Origin: Basidiobolus ranarum
Lineage: Eukaryota
Direction: 5' to 3'
NCBI GenBank assembly: GCA_040143965.1
Contig: JASJQH010006898.1
Coordinates: 1 to 46,530 of the forward strand
Length of the DNA stretch: 46,530 nt
Both the position numbers and the translations under genes were made by a program. A model generated the notes under the pieces. It saw nothing but the letters and a program-made list of their open reading frames with translations. It was not told the origin of the DNA and did no database searches. The stretch's first letter is position 1. The number at the start of each line of letters is the position of its first letter. Shown piece after piece: positions 24,505-37,462 of this stretch.

Positions 24505-26218
24505 ATGAGTGATATAGTATTACCAAACAGTCAGACATCAAATGGAAGTAATATTCCTATCAACTCGACTATTCTTGAAATAAAAAAGCACCCAACCAAG
24601 GTGGGCACGCGTAGACCTCTCCAAGATATTGGAAACACGAAGGTATATTTCACCAAAGGTTAAATATTCTTCTATACACGTCTAACACCGAAACATACTT
24701 CTATTATTAGGGCTCGAGCAATATTTCTCCCATCAAACCTATAGCTATTGTAGCTTCATCACCACACTCTATACCAAGTATCCTCTCCTCTTCAAACGGC
24801 TCTCTCCCTCACGTTACCACTTCGGAGGATATAGAATCCGATCCGATTAATTATTACTCTCCTTATGATCAACATTTGCTAGGCCAAGAGAATATAAATT
24901 CTTTTGTCAAAATTGATGATGCAGTGTCTGATGAGTATTTAGGTCCAAGCCCTCTACTCACAGATGAAACTGACTTGGATACAGAGGCTGATAGTGCTTC
25001 CGATTATGAATCACGACCAGAAAACTACAATTCGGAAACCTACTCGAATCCAGATACTGACAATGAAACTATTGATGCACCTCTTAGTAGGTATCACAAC
25101 GAGAGGATCAGCTTGGAAGAAAACTCTGATGCATTACCTAGTCTAGTAAATGAGGTTGATGATGAGGATACTATCATGACTTCCACCAACAAACAACCAA
25201 ATACCAAGAAGATTGATTCTGAGGCACCACCAGGGATTCCGGTGGCTTACATGGAGGAACTAGATAAGCACGATATTGGAATGGTTTCCGAATATTCAGA
25301 AGACATCTTTAATTATATGAGGGAATTAGAGGTAATTGGTGGTTCAAACTAGTGTCAACTACATAAATAGAACTACATAATTTCTCACTGTATTTCTTTT
25401 TTTCCATAGGTAAAGATGCTTCCTAGTCATGATTATATGGATCACCAACCCGAACTTGAATGGCGAATGAGGCGGATCTTGTTTGACTGGATTATACAAG
25501 TTCACGAGCGTTTTAGAATGCTCCCAGAGACCTTATTTTTATGTATTAATTACGTAGACAGATTTCTATCTGTCAAAGAAGTTTCGATTGATAAACTGCA
25601 ATTAGTTGGGATCACTGCATTATTCATTGCTGCCAAATATGAGGAGTTGGATGCACCCACCGTAAGCTCCATGTTGTATATGACCGATCAAACCTATTCA
25701 CGTGAAGAGCTTCAGAAAGCTGAAAGATTTTTGGTGAACATGCTCAATTATGAGCTTGGATTTCCTGGGCCTTTGAATTTTTTAAGACGTATCTCTAAGA
25801 GTGATGAGTATGATCCTAGTATCCGAACCTTGGGAAAGTATTTGATTGAAGTTACCATTATGTACGAGTGTTTCATTCCCTATCCTCCGTCGTTGATTGC
25901 TGCTGCTAGCTATTATGTTGCCATGAGGATGCTTCAGAAAACTGAATGGGTAGGAATCCTTTTATACTCATAAACATGCATCCTATTTCTAATCAATTGG
26001 CTTTACAGACCTCAACTCACGTTCATTTCTCTGGCTACGACGAAGTGTCTATAATTTATTGCGCAAGTCAGTTACTTGAGTGCCTTGAGGAGCCATCACC
26101 ACATATGAGTGTATATAACAAGTACGAAACCAATCAGCACATGAACGCATCTCTATATGTTGCCGAATATCTTGCAAAATATCAACAGAGTAATCCTTTG
26201 CTTCGTTCAACTATTTAA
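24505..26218 (+). CDS. B-type (G2/M) cyclin, 4 exons
   Basis: D-box RRPLQDIGN; MVSEYSEDIFNYMRELE; cyclin box MRRILFDWIIQVHERFRMLPETLFL..DRFLS..LQLVGITALFIAAKYEE; PLNFLRRISK. Confidence 0.95.
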
Positions 26219-26463
26219 AATCTCATCAATTACGAAGAAATGAATGTAATTATTGATTCTCGAACCACTAAACTTCAAGTTGTGTCTGTAGAGAAATAGT
26301 CTGATAAAGTATGGGAAAAGGTAAATAAATCATGCTAAATTATATTATGATAGTATATTAAAGTTATTGGTCTGAAAGGCACCATTCCAATTAAATCAGT
26401 GAATATTAAGAGATACTGGGCTTATACTTCGCAACCAATATTTAAGCTTCTACTGATTAATTA

Positions 26464-27861
26464 ATGAGCTTCTTATTAAGCTCAGTTCGTACGTGTGTAT
26501 ATAGACACCCGATTAAACCTTCATCCTTGCATTTGACTCAAGTGTTTGGGAAATCTTTGGTTTCTACTACCCACCTAATGTCTCCCTCTATAAATGACGA
26601 GGGCACTTCTTTAGGTGATGCGGGTTTGATTCCCAGTGTCAATACTACCGTTAATTTAGGAAATGGGATTAAAGTTCCTCCCATGGGTAAAAGTTAATAC
26701 ATATTCAATCCAGTTGTTTTCGTCTATCTAAAAGCTCGTTCATGTTATCTCAATAGGGATTGGAACTTGGTCTTGGGGAGATAAAACTAAATGGTAACTT
26801 TCAAACCAAGAGGAAATTCCTATTTCTATGTTAACGATGTTGAAAACGTTCCTAATATTAGGGGATATTCAGTCACTCATACAGAAGAAGATCTTAAGAA
26901 GGCTTTTGACGAATTAGTTAAAAGAGGAATCACCTTTTTTGATACCGCTGAGAAATATAGTAACGGGGAAAGTGAGCGAATTATTGGACGTTTATTAGCC
27001 GACTGGAAAGATAAACCTGAGGGTGAAAATATTGTTGTCGCTACCAAATTTTTACCTGTACCTTGGCATCTTAGATATCCTTCTTCTCTACTTTCAGCTA
27101 TCAAACTATCGGCAGAGAGACTAGATGTTAAATGTATAGATTTGTATCAAATCCACGGTCCCATCCATCTAAGATCTATCGAGGTACTGGCCGATGCACT
27201 TGCTGATGCAGTGGAGGCAGGTTTAGTGAAAACAGTCGGGGTTTCTAATTACTCTATCAATGAGATGACAAGGATGCATGACGCATTGAAAAAGAGAGGA
27301 GTTAAGTTAGCAACGAACCAGATCGAATTTAGTCTACTTAGACGCTATCCAGAAACAGGTGGATTGATTCGAGCATGTCAGGAACTGGGAGTGGAGATTT
27401 TAGCTTATTCACCTCTTGGTATGTTCATCAAAATTTCACTTCTACTTTCTATCCATTAATCGTATCATACGTAGGCATGGGAAGGTTAACGGGTAAATAT
27501 AATGCGGCCAATCCACCACCTAGTGGTCGTCAATTTGGTAACTACTCTATGCAAGAGATTGAACCTCTGCTAGATGTACTAAGACAGCTAGCCCTGAAGT
27601 ACGAGAAAACCATCCCTCAGATTGCGATCAACTGGGTGATTTGCAAAGGTAATGGCGATCTTTTATTAATCAACTGTCATAGTGATTTCCTAATTTAGCG
27701 GATTCATTACAGGTGCTATACCTATACCTGGTGCTAAGAATCTTAAACAAGCTCAAGAGAATTGTGAGGCTTTAGGTTGGCGCTTAGAAGATGCTGATAT
27801 CGATCTTTTAGATGCATGTAGCTTTACAGGATCTACGTATAACTTTTGGCAACATGGTTGA
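26464..27861 (+). CDS. Aldo-keto reductase (pyridoxal reductase-like), 5 exons
   Basis: GIGTWSWGD, FFDTAEKY, VVATKF, DLYQIHGP, VGVSNY, NQIEFSL, AYSPLGMGRLTGKY, IPGAKN. Confidence 0.9.
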
Positions 27862-28095
27862 GAATGCAACTGATAGATGTATTTGAATGGTCACTCATTG
27901 ATTTTGAACATTTGTATTTGGAACAAGTGATACATAACGAGTTTCAATTTCTAATCTAAATCCGAGGCTGGACAAATATGGTCTTTAAGAAAATTAAATA
28001 CAGATTAGGTAAATAAATAAATCTTCAGATAAAGAATTTCGAGGGGCATTGCGAATAGATAGCAATGAGTCGATCATCATTTCTCTCTGAACGAA

Positions 28096-29916
28096 TCATG
28101 GGATTCCTGGAGTACAGCGATTACCTTCGGGTGTTGTAGACCAGGTAGCTAATGTATTGATGGTAACGAATACCATAGTGCACAGCCCAAAGAAGATTAG
28201 CGTAATATCACCAAGCTTGGAAAGTGGATGACTAGCAACCGCCTTAAGATGAAATAACGCTGGGAATATGAATGCTAGTGGGATACATGCGAACGCACCG
28301 ATCAATGCAACAAAGTTATCCAAGTTAGATGAGCCAGCATAAGCAATGGCAGATGCAAGTGCACACAGCGAAGCGCGGAGAACATTCTTTCCCGTCTTAA
28401 TTTTGGTAGAATATTTTCCAGTCTTTCTTCCAAATGTAGCTTGCTCAATTATACGTACAGCTGGGAACATCATTAAAGGAACTGTCAAGATGATGGCGAG
28501 TACATATAGCACTTGGGTCAATTGTGTTGCTGGGCTTTCTGGCAAATTTAGCAAGATGACTGCTTGTGTTTTTTCCCCAAATGTGGCGTAAGATAATGCA
28601 CCAATGGAAACAAAAATCATGGCTATAATGGCCATGGCCATTGTCATCAAACGAGGGAATTTTTCTGGTTCCTTCATAGAGCTAACAATAGGCAGTATAA
28701 GACCTATTCCTTCGAATGTAAAAGATGCTGTTCCCAAAAACAGCCCAAAGCTTTTACTGTTAAACATTTGAACTTCGGCAGGACCAGCGGTGAAAAGTTG
28801 ATCCAAATCTACTATGTAAATGTACCCAAGACCAAACATAATTGCAACGTTGGCGATCAAAGCTGCGTTAGAGAAGCTCTTCATTTTACGCAAAAAAGAG
28901 AATGGAATATAAATCAAGAGTTGGAGCAATATCAGAAGATGTTCAGACACTTGAATTTGGCAATTTGACCAAGCCGAGATAAGATCGCTAATGTTCTTGG
29001 CAACAAAAATAAAATAAGCACATGTAAAACCCATCTATAATAAACGCGTTTGATTAGAATATCATATTGAAATTTCTTAATGATCAACATAATTGCATAC
29101 CTGTGAAAGCGCAATATCTGAGAGAATGATGTATCTCAGCCATTTACCGTAGAGTATACCGCCGATTTCACCGAAACCACCCGGAACTATGGAACGTACT
29201 TTGACCAGCTTCAAGATGGATATCAATGATATAATCGATACCAAAGTAAGAACGATAGAAGAAAATAATAAACCGCCGTTATAAAAAGCTTTGGGTAAAA
29301 ACAAGACTCCAGTGGCGACAAAAGATTTCATTAGCAGGAAAAATGTTTTAGATAAAGTAGCAGTTCCAGGTGGAGCTACTTTGCGAGAAGAACTACGACG
29401 GATAAGAGGATCGGAGGTACTTTGAGTAGGTGTATCTTCTTCCTCCTCGTTGTCTTCCTCTTCTTCTTCGTCATCGCTATCGCTCAAATTTTCACCAGCA
29501 AAGTGATCGTATAAAGACCAATAGTCCAAGAAGCTTGTTTCAACGACTCTTGGTGGACTACGTCCATCTATTTTAGCCTGCTGCGCAATATAGCTTCTTC
29601 TAAAGCCTCCTGGCTCTTTCAAACTAGAAATTCTTTTGACTTCTGCCAAACTAGGTACACAAGAAGAACTTCGAGACCGGGTCAGACCCCCACCTTCAAG
29701 ATTCTTGTAAATGTCATAAGTAACCGAGGCACCCGGATTAGTAAGATCAAGATCGTTAGCAGTTATGTCTATACTGTCATGTATACTTGGTGAAAAGCTA
29801 GATCCGTCAGCAATGGACCTGTAATCTGGGAAAGACAAAACAGGACTGTCAAGTAAACTAGTAAGTGAGGAGATCTCTTCTGCCGGGATCGTGTTTTTAG
29901 TACTTGGTGGACTCAT
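28096..29916 (-). CDS. Vacuolar amino acid transporter, Avt3/Avt4-like (AAAP family), 2 exons
   Basis: PGGFRR, DHFAGENL, acidic patch, LMKSFVATGVLFLPKAF, FTFEGIGLILPI. Intron about 29100-29035. Confidence 0.93.
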
Positions 29917-31265
29917 AATATGTTTTACACCAGTGAAAAAACTGATTAAAAGCTTAACAAACGATTTCTCTGGCAGCAGTCCTCTTTATAAACTATCGTG
30001 AGAAAGGATAACAATCCATATCAAGATCAAGTACCTGAGGAAGTTCCATGAATGATCAATGATTTTCGATATTGACTGTTAAATAAATAAATCAACCAGA
30101 TTTTACATTAAAGGCAATCTTTGCCCTCAGAAAGCGTGAATAATTTTGATAACTTCAATGCTTAAAGTAAGATGACGACATAGGTCGGCAGATGATGTAA
30201 GTAAATTTAAATCGTCCCTCGTCAAGTTACTCCACCAATTTTGCTGAAGGTGTTGAGCGGATTTCTCAGCTACTCTTAAAATATATACCAAATAGGATTA
30301 ATGTAGCATCTGACAGTATGCAAGCCTATGGTACATTATTAGGAATGAGTTGGTACCGTGATGTTAATGTCAGAAGGTGAAGACTCCCATGCATATGTGA
30401 TAGTCATATACCTTGTCAGTGATGTCTCCCAGGTGATCCCTGCACCGATCTGCATGGATATTGTACAATCTGCGAAATCCATAAAGTAGTATTCTTGAGC
30501 GACATGTAACACGAGTTCGCAACTTCTTACATGGTGCAATAGATTTCTAGTTGAGCCTTCAAATGGAACCCAACGAACAGTAGGAGTTGTGGAATTATTG
30601 AAGGTGCATACAGGATCTCTCTCTAAAATATACAACTACCATTCAGTAGAAATTATATTAGCATTCAGTATTTAACATTCGTATATAACCCACTGGATGA
30701 GCATACAGTCTTTTAAATTAGTGTTCTAGTGATGGTATTAGTTGTTCGCTTATTTGCATGTAGCAATCAGACTTAAAAGAATGTCTAGATATCGATGATT
30801 CTAGGTACACCATCATGCTATTTTTTTTACTAGTGATCTAGGGTCAGTCCCTCAATCCTTAGTCATTTGATAGAGAATATCATATTATACTATCGTAATC
30901 GCTCAGTAAAAGTACGCACTCATTCACTGGGATATTTTTTGTGTTTGGGTATATTCAACTTTAGGGTTAGTGTTGAGTTTTAGATATAGTTTACAAGATA
31001 CATCGCTCATCATCAACATAGATCTTTTTTTTTCATAAATAGCTTCTCAAAGGAAAATAGTATATATACATCGTATTATTATAATTCCTCTTCATTATTG
31101 TTCTACAGACACTTGAGCATTCTACAAAGTTCCTCACTTTTTTGTAAGTGAATCCGAGCACAGGTAAATGGTAAACTTATTGTAGTATATTTGTTTATTT
31201 AAACTAATTAAAGCATACTTTTCCAACGAAGAGATCCAATAAATTCCACCAAACACTACTCGGAT

Positions 31266-31991
31266 ATGAGCACAAAGTCGAACCAATGGCTTTTCACTCA
31301 AAATGATATGACTAAGACCCCGACCGTGGTAGATGGTATGTCTTGGGAAAAGGAGCGAATCCTTCGCGCGAAAGGCGGTAACTTCATAATCAATGCTGGA
31401 ATGACACTGAAACTCCCGCCTACAACTATTTATACAGCCGGCATCTACTTTCAACGATTTTATATGCGACATAGCTTTAGAGCTTATCATCACTATGATC
31501 TAGCGGGTACTTGTTTATTTCTGGCGTCAAAGGAAGAGGAAACTGGACGTAGATTACGAGATGTTGTTACTATTTCTGTACGGAAAGCTCGTAAAGATGA
31601 TGCATACAAAGTTGATGAAAACTCTGATGATTTTCGTCGATGGAAAGAAACTATACTATATCACGAAGAATTGGTTTTGGAGACCTTATGCTTTGATCTA
31701 AACTTGGAATTACCTTATAGTTTTGTATTTGAAATTCTTGCCCGGTGTGCTGCCACCCCAAAGCAGGCTTTGTCGGCAATCGCATTTACAAATGATTTCA
31801 TCAAAACTCCGCTCTGTCTCATGTATCCACCTCAAGTGCTAGCCGGAGTATCTGTTTTCTTAAGTTCTCAAGTTATGCAGGAAACTTTATTTGAAGTTAA
31901 AAGTGGAAAGGCTTGGTGGGAGATTTCAACAGCGGACACTGAACTTATACAAGACGCTGTGGAGACCTTATACGTATCTGTTATGCCATAA
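31266..31991 (+). CDS. Transcription cyclin, cyclin T/K (Pch1-like); 3' end may extend via an intron near 31974
   Basis: QWLFT..TPT..G.S..E...R.KG..FI, YFQRFYMRHSF, CLFLASKEEE, EELVLETLCFDL..PY. Confidence 0.88.
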   Translation: MSTKSNQWLFTQNDMTKTPTVVDGMSWEKERILRAKGGNFIINAGMTLKLPPTTIYTAGIYFQRFYMRHSFRAYHHYDLAGTCLFLASKEEETGRRLRDVVTISVRKARKDDAYKVDENSDDFRRWKETILYHEELVLETLCFDLNLELPYSFVFEILARCAATPKQALSAIAFTNDFIKTPLCLMYPPQVLAGVSVFLSSQVMQETLFEVKSGKAWWEISTADTELIQDAVETLYVSVMP

Positions 31992-32712
31992 CATTGAAAA
32001 TCATCCAAGGCGCTATAGTGCTTCCTTTATCCTATTTCGACGAATCCAATATTTCCCATATACTTCTCCATGTGGGGAGAGGAGATCAAATCCAACTAAT
32101 TTTTCACACATCATGTGAGTTACTTTGCTAGATGAACCCTCCAGTAACTCTGACAAGCGTGTCCCTTTTCTCTACTAGGTAATGGAGTTGGTTTTACTTA
32201 TACAATTCGAACATTTCTTTTTATACATTTTTCCCGTTTTCGGTGATTTATTTCTATACATATTTTTGTTGACCTTAGTTTCCCATCATAAAATTGAATC
32301 GTTACCCTTACTAATTTTTGGATTTCTTTATCCTGACACGAATCAAAATACAAAAAAAAGGATATGTTTACTACAGAGTGATCTTGTACATTTATCCAAA
32401 TTCCTCGTGTGTATGGAGATATTGATTTTACATGATAAAACTGTCGATTATTCTACACTAGCCCATGTGTAGAGACTCTGATAGATTATTGGATTTCTAC
32501 TTAACCCTCTCGCAAGATATTTGAGTATTCAAGCTTTATTGTCAAACAAACAAACCATCGAAATGATATTCATGCAAAAGAATGGGTTAAAAATGTCTAA
32601 TTGATGTGGTAGATGAGGTATAAAATAAATATGGCCCGCAAAAAATGAAATCTTCGCAGTGATTGAAAAGATATAAATGAGTGGTATTTAACAAGATGTA
32701 GTCAAGAAACTT

Positions 32713-34385
32713 CTATGCCAAAGAGGCAGTGGAGCGACCACTTTTAAGACTAATGAAATCCCAACCTGGTTTTTTATCACTCTGAGAGCCAGATTGAAGG
32801 TATTTCTTTCTGCCATAGAAGGCAATCCCGCCAATAGCGAGGACTCCGATAATACCTCCAACAACACCCCCAACAATAGCACCAGTATTGCTTTTAGAGG
32901 TTTTGGAGGAACCACTGTCAGCTGCAGTCTCATCGACTTTGAATACTTTAGCAGTGCAACTAGGGATATCTATTTGTCTCGCAATATTACTGCATTGGCT
33001 TGACTCAACAGTATCGCTCTTATAGCCTGTAGCAAGTTTAGTTATCCATTTGTTATTGTAGTCGGGCTGGTAGGTACGATATTGTGCCGAAATCAACTCT
33101 GTTAAAATCAACCAAGTAAATAACACAACACGAAACTAATGTTTTCAATTGATTTCAACATACCTTGAATTGCAAGATCAGGACGACTCGGTGCGCTTTG
33201 ATCCCAGTCTATTTTGGGAAGAAATTTAGTATCCTGTTCCTTACTAAGAGTTTAGAAAGTTATAATATACCTGAATTCAAAGCCTCATTCTTGATTTTAT
33301 CAGTTCGGTACAAGCCTTCGCTTTCAAGAAGGGGAATGGAGGCCTTTGAAGTTAAGTTATACGCCGCAAGCCAGGTAACCATGTTAATATCCGTCAAATA
33401 TGTTTCATCTATAGCAAGCCAAGTTTTCGCCATATCATTTTGAAATTCTACGGGAGTTGTTAAGGGATTTTTGGTAGGTTTAACTGGGCTTCCACCTATC
33501 AGGTTAAAAGTTAGTTTTGCAAAAAGACGTGACTGAGGTTTAATTGTTTTCACATAAATACCTGCATCGCTGATTAAAATTCTATGGTAATTGTCATCTT
33601 TAAATTTATATCCTTCCTTATCACTATGGATCCAAGCAATTGGCTTCTTGTTGATCTTGCTAAGATTATCACGGTGACAGTTGTAACTATTCTTGATTTT
33701 GTTGTAAATATCTTCCGCTTCTTTATCCATGTTGAGAATAGCACCAACGTAAAGTATCCACTGAGCTTTCTATATAAAATTAAGGAACCATTAGTACTTC
33801 TTTAAAATACAACATGGAAGGTATTGTACCTCTAATGGACTCATTGAATCTTTAATTCCAAGAGTTATGGATCCTGCTTTTGAAGTGTTAGAAAACATCA
33901 ACGGTTTCTCTGAAGCAGTAATATTCTTTTCGATTTGCTTAATAACACACGGGGAAGTGGATCTATCGGTGCCTTCAATGGACGAGATTCTTTCTACAGA
34001 ATTGAGAAGCTAATACGAAAATTGAATAAATTTCTTGTATAATAGAGTATAGAATAAGAAGTAGAGTGGAGTGTACCTCAAGGAAGCCAATTGATTCTAA
34101 GCTAGCGACAATAGTTGTTTTTTCGTCCCCTAATGGTAGGGTATTCGGATCAGTGGCAGTAGTACTATCACATACAAGGCGGATTTCTGTGTTAAGGGAG
34201 AAATGCTTGATAATCTTGACGTTGTTTTCATATTTGATTTCAAATTGAGCTACGTCCTTCCTAGTAGCCTCGGAGATTTTCTCGGTAAATTTGTCGTCTC
34301 CTGGTGTGTCGCATTTGTTTCGTGCTCTAGCACCAAGGACTAAAAGTAAAGTTATAAAAGAGGTGGTAAAAGAATTAAAGTGCAT
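32713..34385 (-). CDS. Secreted, C-terminally membrane-anchored substrate-binding protein, CBA1-like (cobalamin acquisition / ABC periplasmic-binding-protein fold), 6 exons
   Basis: Signal peptide; F.IKY....KI; FLELL; TSPC; SPLEKAQWILYVGAILNMDKEAEDIYNKIKNSYNC; DAGG; YRTDK; DWDQSAPSRPDLAIQELI; single TM GAIVGGVVGGIIGVLAIGGIAFY followed by a basic stop-transfer. Confidence 0.75.
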
Positions 34386-35065
34386 CGTTAAGTTAGGGCG
34401 TTTAGAAAGAACAAGAAACAGTGCATGCTGCAGGTATATATAACCTAGAATAAACTTTTTATCTCCAGATTTTTATGTGAGGAATTATCGAATGGAAATG
34501 GAGGCGCTCGGAATCGACTGAACCAATTATAGTAATTAGAAAATGGATATCCTAGATCGTCGCATAATTTTGGTGAGATTACGGCGTAAAACCTGATAAC
34601 ATTTGTGGAATAATTCAGAATCCTTATTTCGAATACTATAAACAGAATAGGATTTTGATACAGCCCGAGTCATTAAAGGTGAATTAATCCACTTTCGCTT
34701 GGTTGTAGATTAATCCAGTGATATATATATATATTCGGAATTTCGTGTCGGGTTTCAAGCACACTTTAGGAACAGGATCCAGATACTAAGACAACTGAGC
34801 TGTTTTAGGACGCACTTCTCGTGGAGTTTTCATCCTCTTATTGTTATTCATGCTGCTCAGACTGATGCTCTTTTTTCGGATTAGCATACATAGAGTACTC
34901 TGATTTAATACCGGTTGATTCATGATGGGAAATTCAAGTGTGTATGTCATCGTATCATCAATTGCAAACAGGTGGAATGCGATGAATACGTATGAGCCAC
35001 AACAGCCCTAATAGTCTCGCTATTATTCTTCTAACGTAGTAAAACACTTACTACTACTTGATAGC

Positions 35066-37311
35066 ATGACTTGTAAAAACTTTAGCAGTGTAAAGAGACC
35101 GCTTCTTCAGCTTAAAAGCTCCCAGTTGTTACTTCGATCAAGTCAACTTTCTTCTTTAAGGCTGCTTTCAACCTCAGTCCCTACAACTCCAAAGTCCATT
35201 CTTCATTCGAAATGGTTTAAATTAGCCTCTACTTCAGTACTTGGAGTTGGATTAATTGCTTGCGCTGTCGAGTATAATCGTCCCAAACCAACTGTTAATG
35301 TTAAAACACAATTACAACAAGGTCCGGCAAATATCCCGATAGTGCACAGACTTGATGAAGGTAAACCACGTTTGGTCGTTCTAGGCTCTGGCTGGGGGGA
35401 AAGTATTTTATTTTCTACTACAAAGTATTTATTCTGGGAAACTAATATTATCTGAACTAAATAGGCAATATCCCTCCTTAAAGAGTTGGATGAGGACAAG
35501 TACGATGTGACCATTGTCTCGCCCAATAATTATTTCCTTTTTACTCCTTTACTACCAAGTGCTACTGTAGGAACCTTGGAATTACGGTAAGGAGATGGTT
35601 TTGATTTTGTAGGAGAAAATGAAGTATTAATGAAAGATTTTCAGTTCATTAATTGAGCCTGTGCGCAAGATCTCAAAGCACTTAAAGGCTTTGTTTATCC
35701 AGGTATGGCGAGATATATGGCATCTTATATCTTTTGCTTTACTAAAGACACTGAATTTATATAGGCCGAGGCTCAGGATATTGAATACGAAAAAAAGATG
35801 GTACTTATCAAAGGAATCGACGGAAAGCACTTCTATCTTCCGTATGATAAGGTATTCAATCATTTGATTTGAGAAATGCCACAACGGTTCATTAATTTCA
35901 ATTCTGTTAGTTGGTCGTGGCAGTTGGATCCCAAAGTATGACTTTTGGAGTTGAGGGAATAGAATATTGCAGCTTCTTAAAAAATATAGAAGATGCAAGG
36001 GATTTAAAGCAAAAGGTCATCAATAACTTTGAAAAGGCCGCATTACCAACTACCTCGGAGGAAGAGAAAAGGCAGTTGCTAAGCTTCGTTATCTGCGGAG
36101 GAGGTATTTAGCCCTCGAGTGAACCCTGAATATTCATTGATCATAACTTACACAACTTCACAACGTCATATAGGTCCTACAGGAGTTGAATTCGCAGCGG
36201 AGTTATATGATTTCGTTGAAGAGGATCTAGTGAGTTATGTACGTGTATATTTCCCCTGTACTCTCTAGTGAGGATAAATCTTAACAGCTCCAATTTAGTT
36301 CGCTCCTGACTTAAAAGAAAAGGTGAAAATCACCGTGATTCAGTCTCGTGATCACATTCTCAACACTTACGATGAAAAAATATCCACATACACCGAGAGT
36401 CATTTCGAACGCAGTGGCATCAATGTGATAACTCTTGCTCGCGTCAAATCCGTTCATGAAAATCACATCATCTACTCCATCAAGCAGAAGGATGGAACAA
36501 CGATTGACAAGGAATTGCCATTTGGTGTATGTCTCTGGTCTACAGGAATTGGTAAGATGCTTGTTATAAAGCTGGTATCTCGAATGGCAACTAATTGCTT
36601 ATTATAGCTATGAGGCCCATTACCAAGAAGCTTTGCGATAGTTTGGAGTTACAAAGGAACAAGAGAGCCCTTGAAACCGACAATCGACTACGCGTTAAAG
36701 GAATATCCGATGGTTCAGTATATGCTTTAGGGGATTGTAGCACTGTGGAAAACCCGAATCTTGTTGAACGTATGATGGATTTCTTTGAGGCAGCAGATAA
36801 AAACAACTCTGGAACCATTGATTTTGATGAATTCTGCGACATGACTCAAGAAATGAGTAAAAAATACCCGACAACTCGTACACATTTACAGAGGCTGCAT
36901 GACCTTTTTGAGGAGTATGACGAAGACCACTCTGGTGAACTTGATCTCGATGAGTTAAAGAAGTTACTTCAATATGTAGATTCTAAATTGACATCACTTC
37001 CTGCCACCGCTCAAGTCGCAAGTCAACAGGGGAAATATTTGGCTCAGAAATTGAACTCGTCAGCCTCACCACTTACCGAGTCCGATGATCAGTACCCACC
37101 TTTTACGTACTCACACTTGGGCTCTCTTGCATATATTGGTGGCTCTGCAGTGGCCGATTTCGGTCAAGGCCACCATATCAGTGGATTTGGTGCAGTTTAT
37201 TTGTGGCGTAGTATTTATTGGAGCGAACAAGTGTCCACACGTACTAGACTCTTATTGTCGATGGACTGGACCAAACGTGCCTTGTTTGGACGGGATTTAT
37301 CCAAAATATAA
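35066..37311 (+). CDS. NDE1: Mitochondrial external type II NAD(P)H dehydrogenase with EF-hands (NDE1/plant NDB-type), 8 exons
   Basis: Presequence; [39 protein letters not shown]-hand loops [12 protein letters not shown] and [33 protein letters not shown]. Confidence 0.92.
35399..35464 (+). other. Non-canonical GA-AG intron (first intron of the NAD(P)H dehydrogenase)
   Basis: Only removal of GAAAGT...AATAG yields the conserved GSGWG|AISLLK. Nearby GT donors give stops or delete the Rossmann helix. Confidence 0.6.
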
Positions 37312-37462
37312 TCTAGACCGCTGATAAATAACTGATGGCCAATGGATAAAATGGCTGTTATCTTACATTAACTTTTATTTGGATATATATAAAATATATA
37401 TAAACATTCAAAACTTCTAAAAATAATTAGGATGCATATTTTTGCCCGTTGCCCTCTTCTAT

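Noticed and set aside
30339-30635. 98-aa minus-strand ORF between the Avt and cyclin T/K genes
   Set aside because: Non-ATG start, no recognisable motif and no supporting exon structure.
1142-31991. Apparent cell-cycle gene cluster (Yox1-like, Brr6, ORC3, cyclin B, cyclin T/K)
   Set aside because: The genes are interspersed with unrelated ones and share no evident motif; chance is sufficient.
32352-32365. ATATCCTTT on the minus strand (AT-AC U12 donor-like)
   Set aside because: No host reading frame or branch sequence; it lies in AT-rich DNA between convergent gene ends.
34965-35010. GGAATGCGATGAATACGTA..GCCAC, faintly like part of a cobalamin riboswitch, near the CBA1-like gene
   Set aside because: Wrong strand for that gene, no B12 box or other core helices, and no precedent in eukaryotes.
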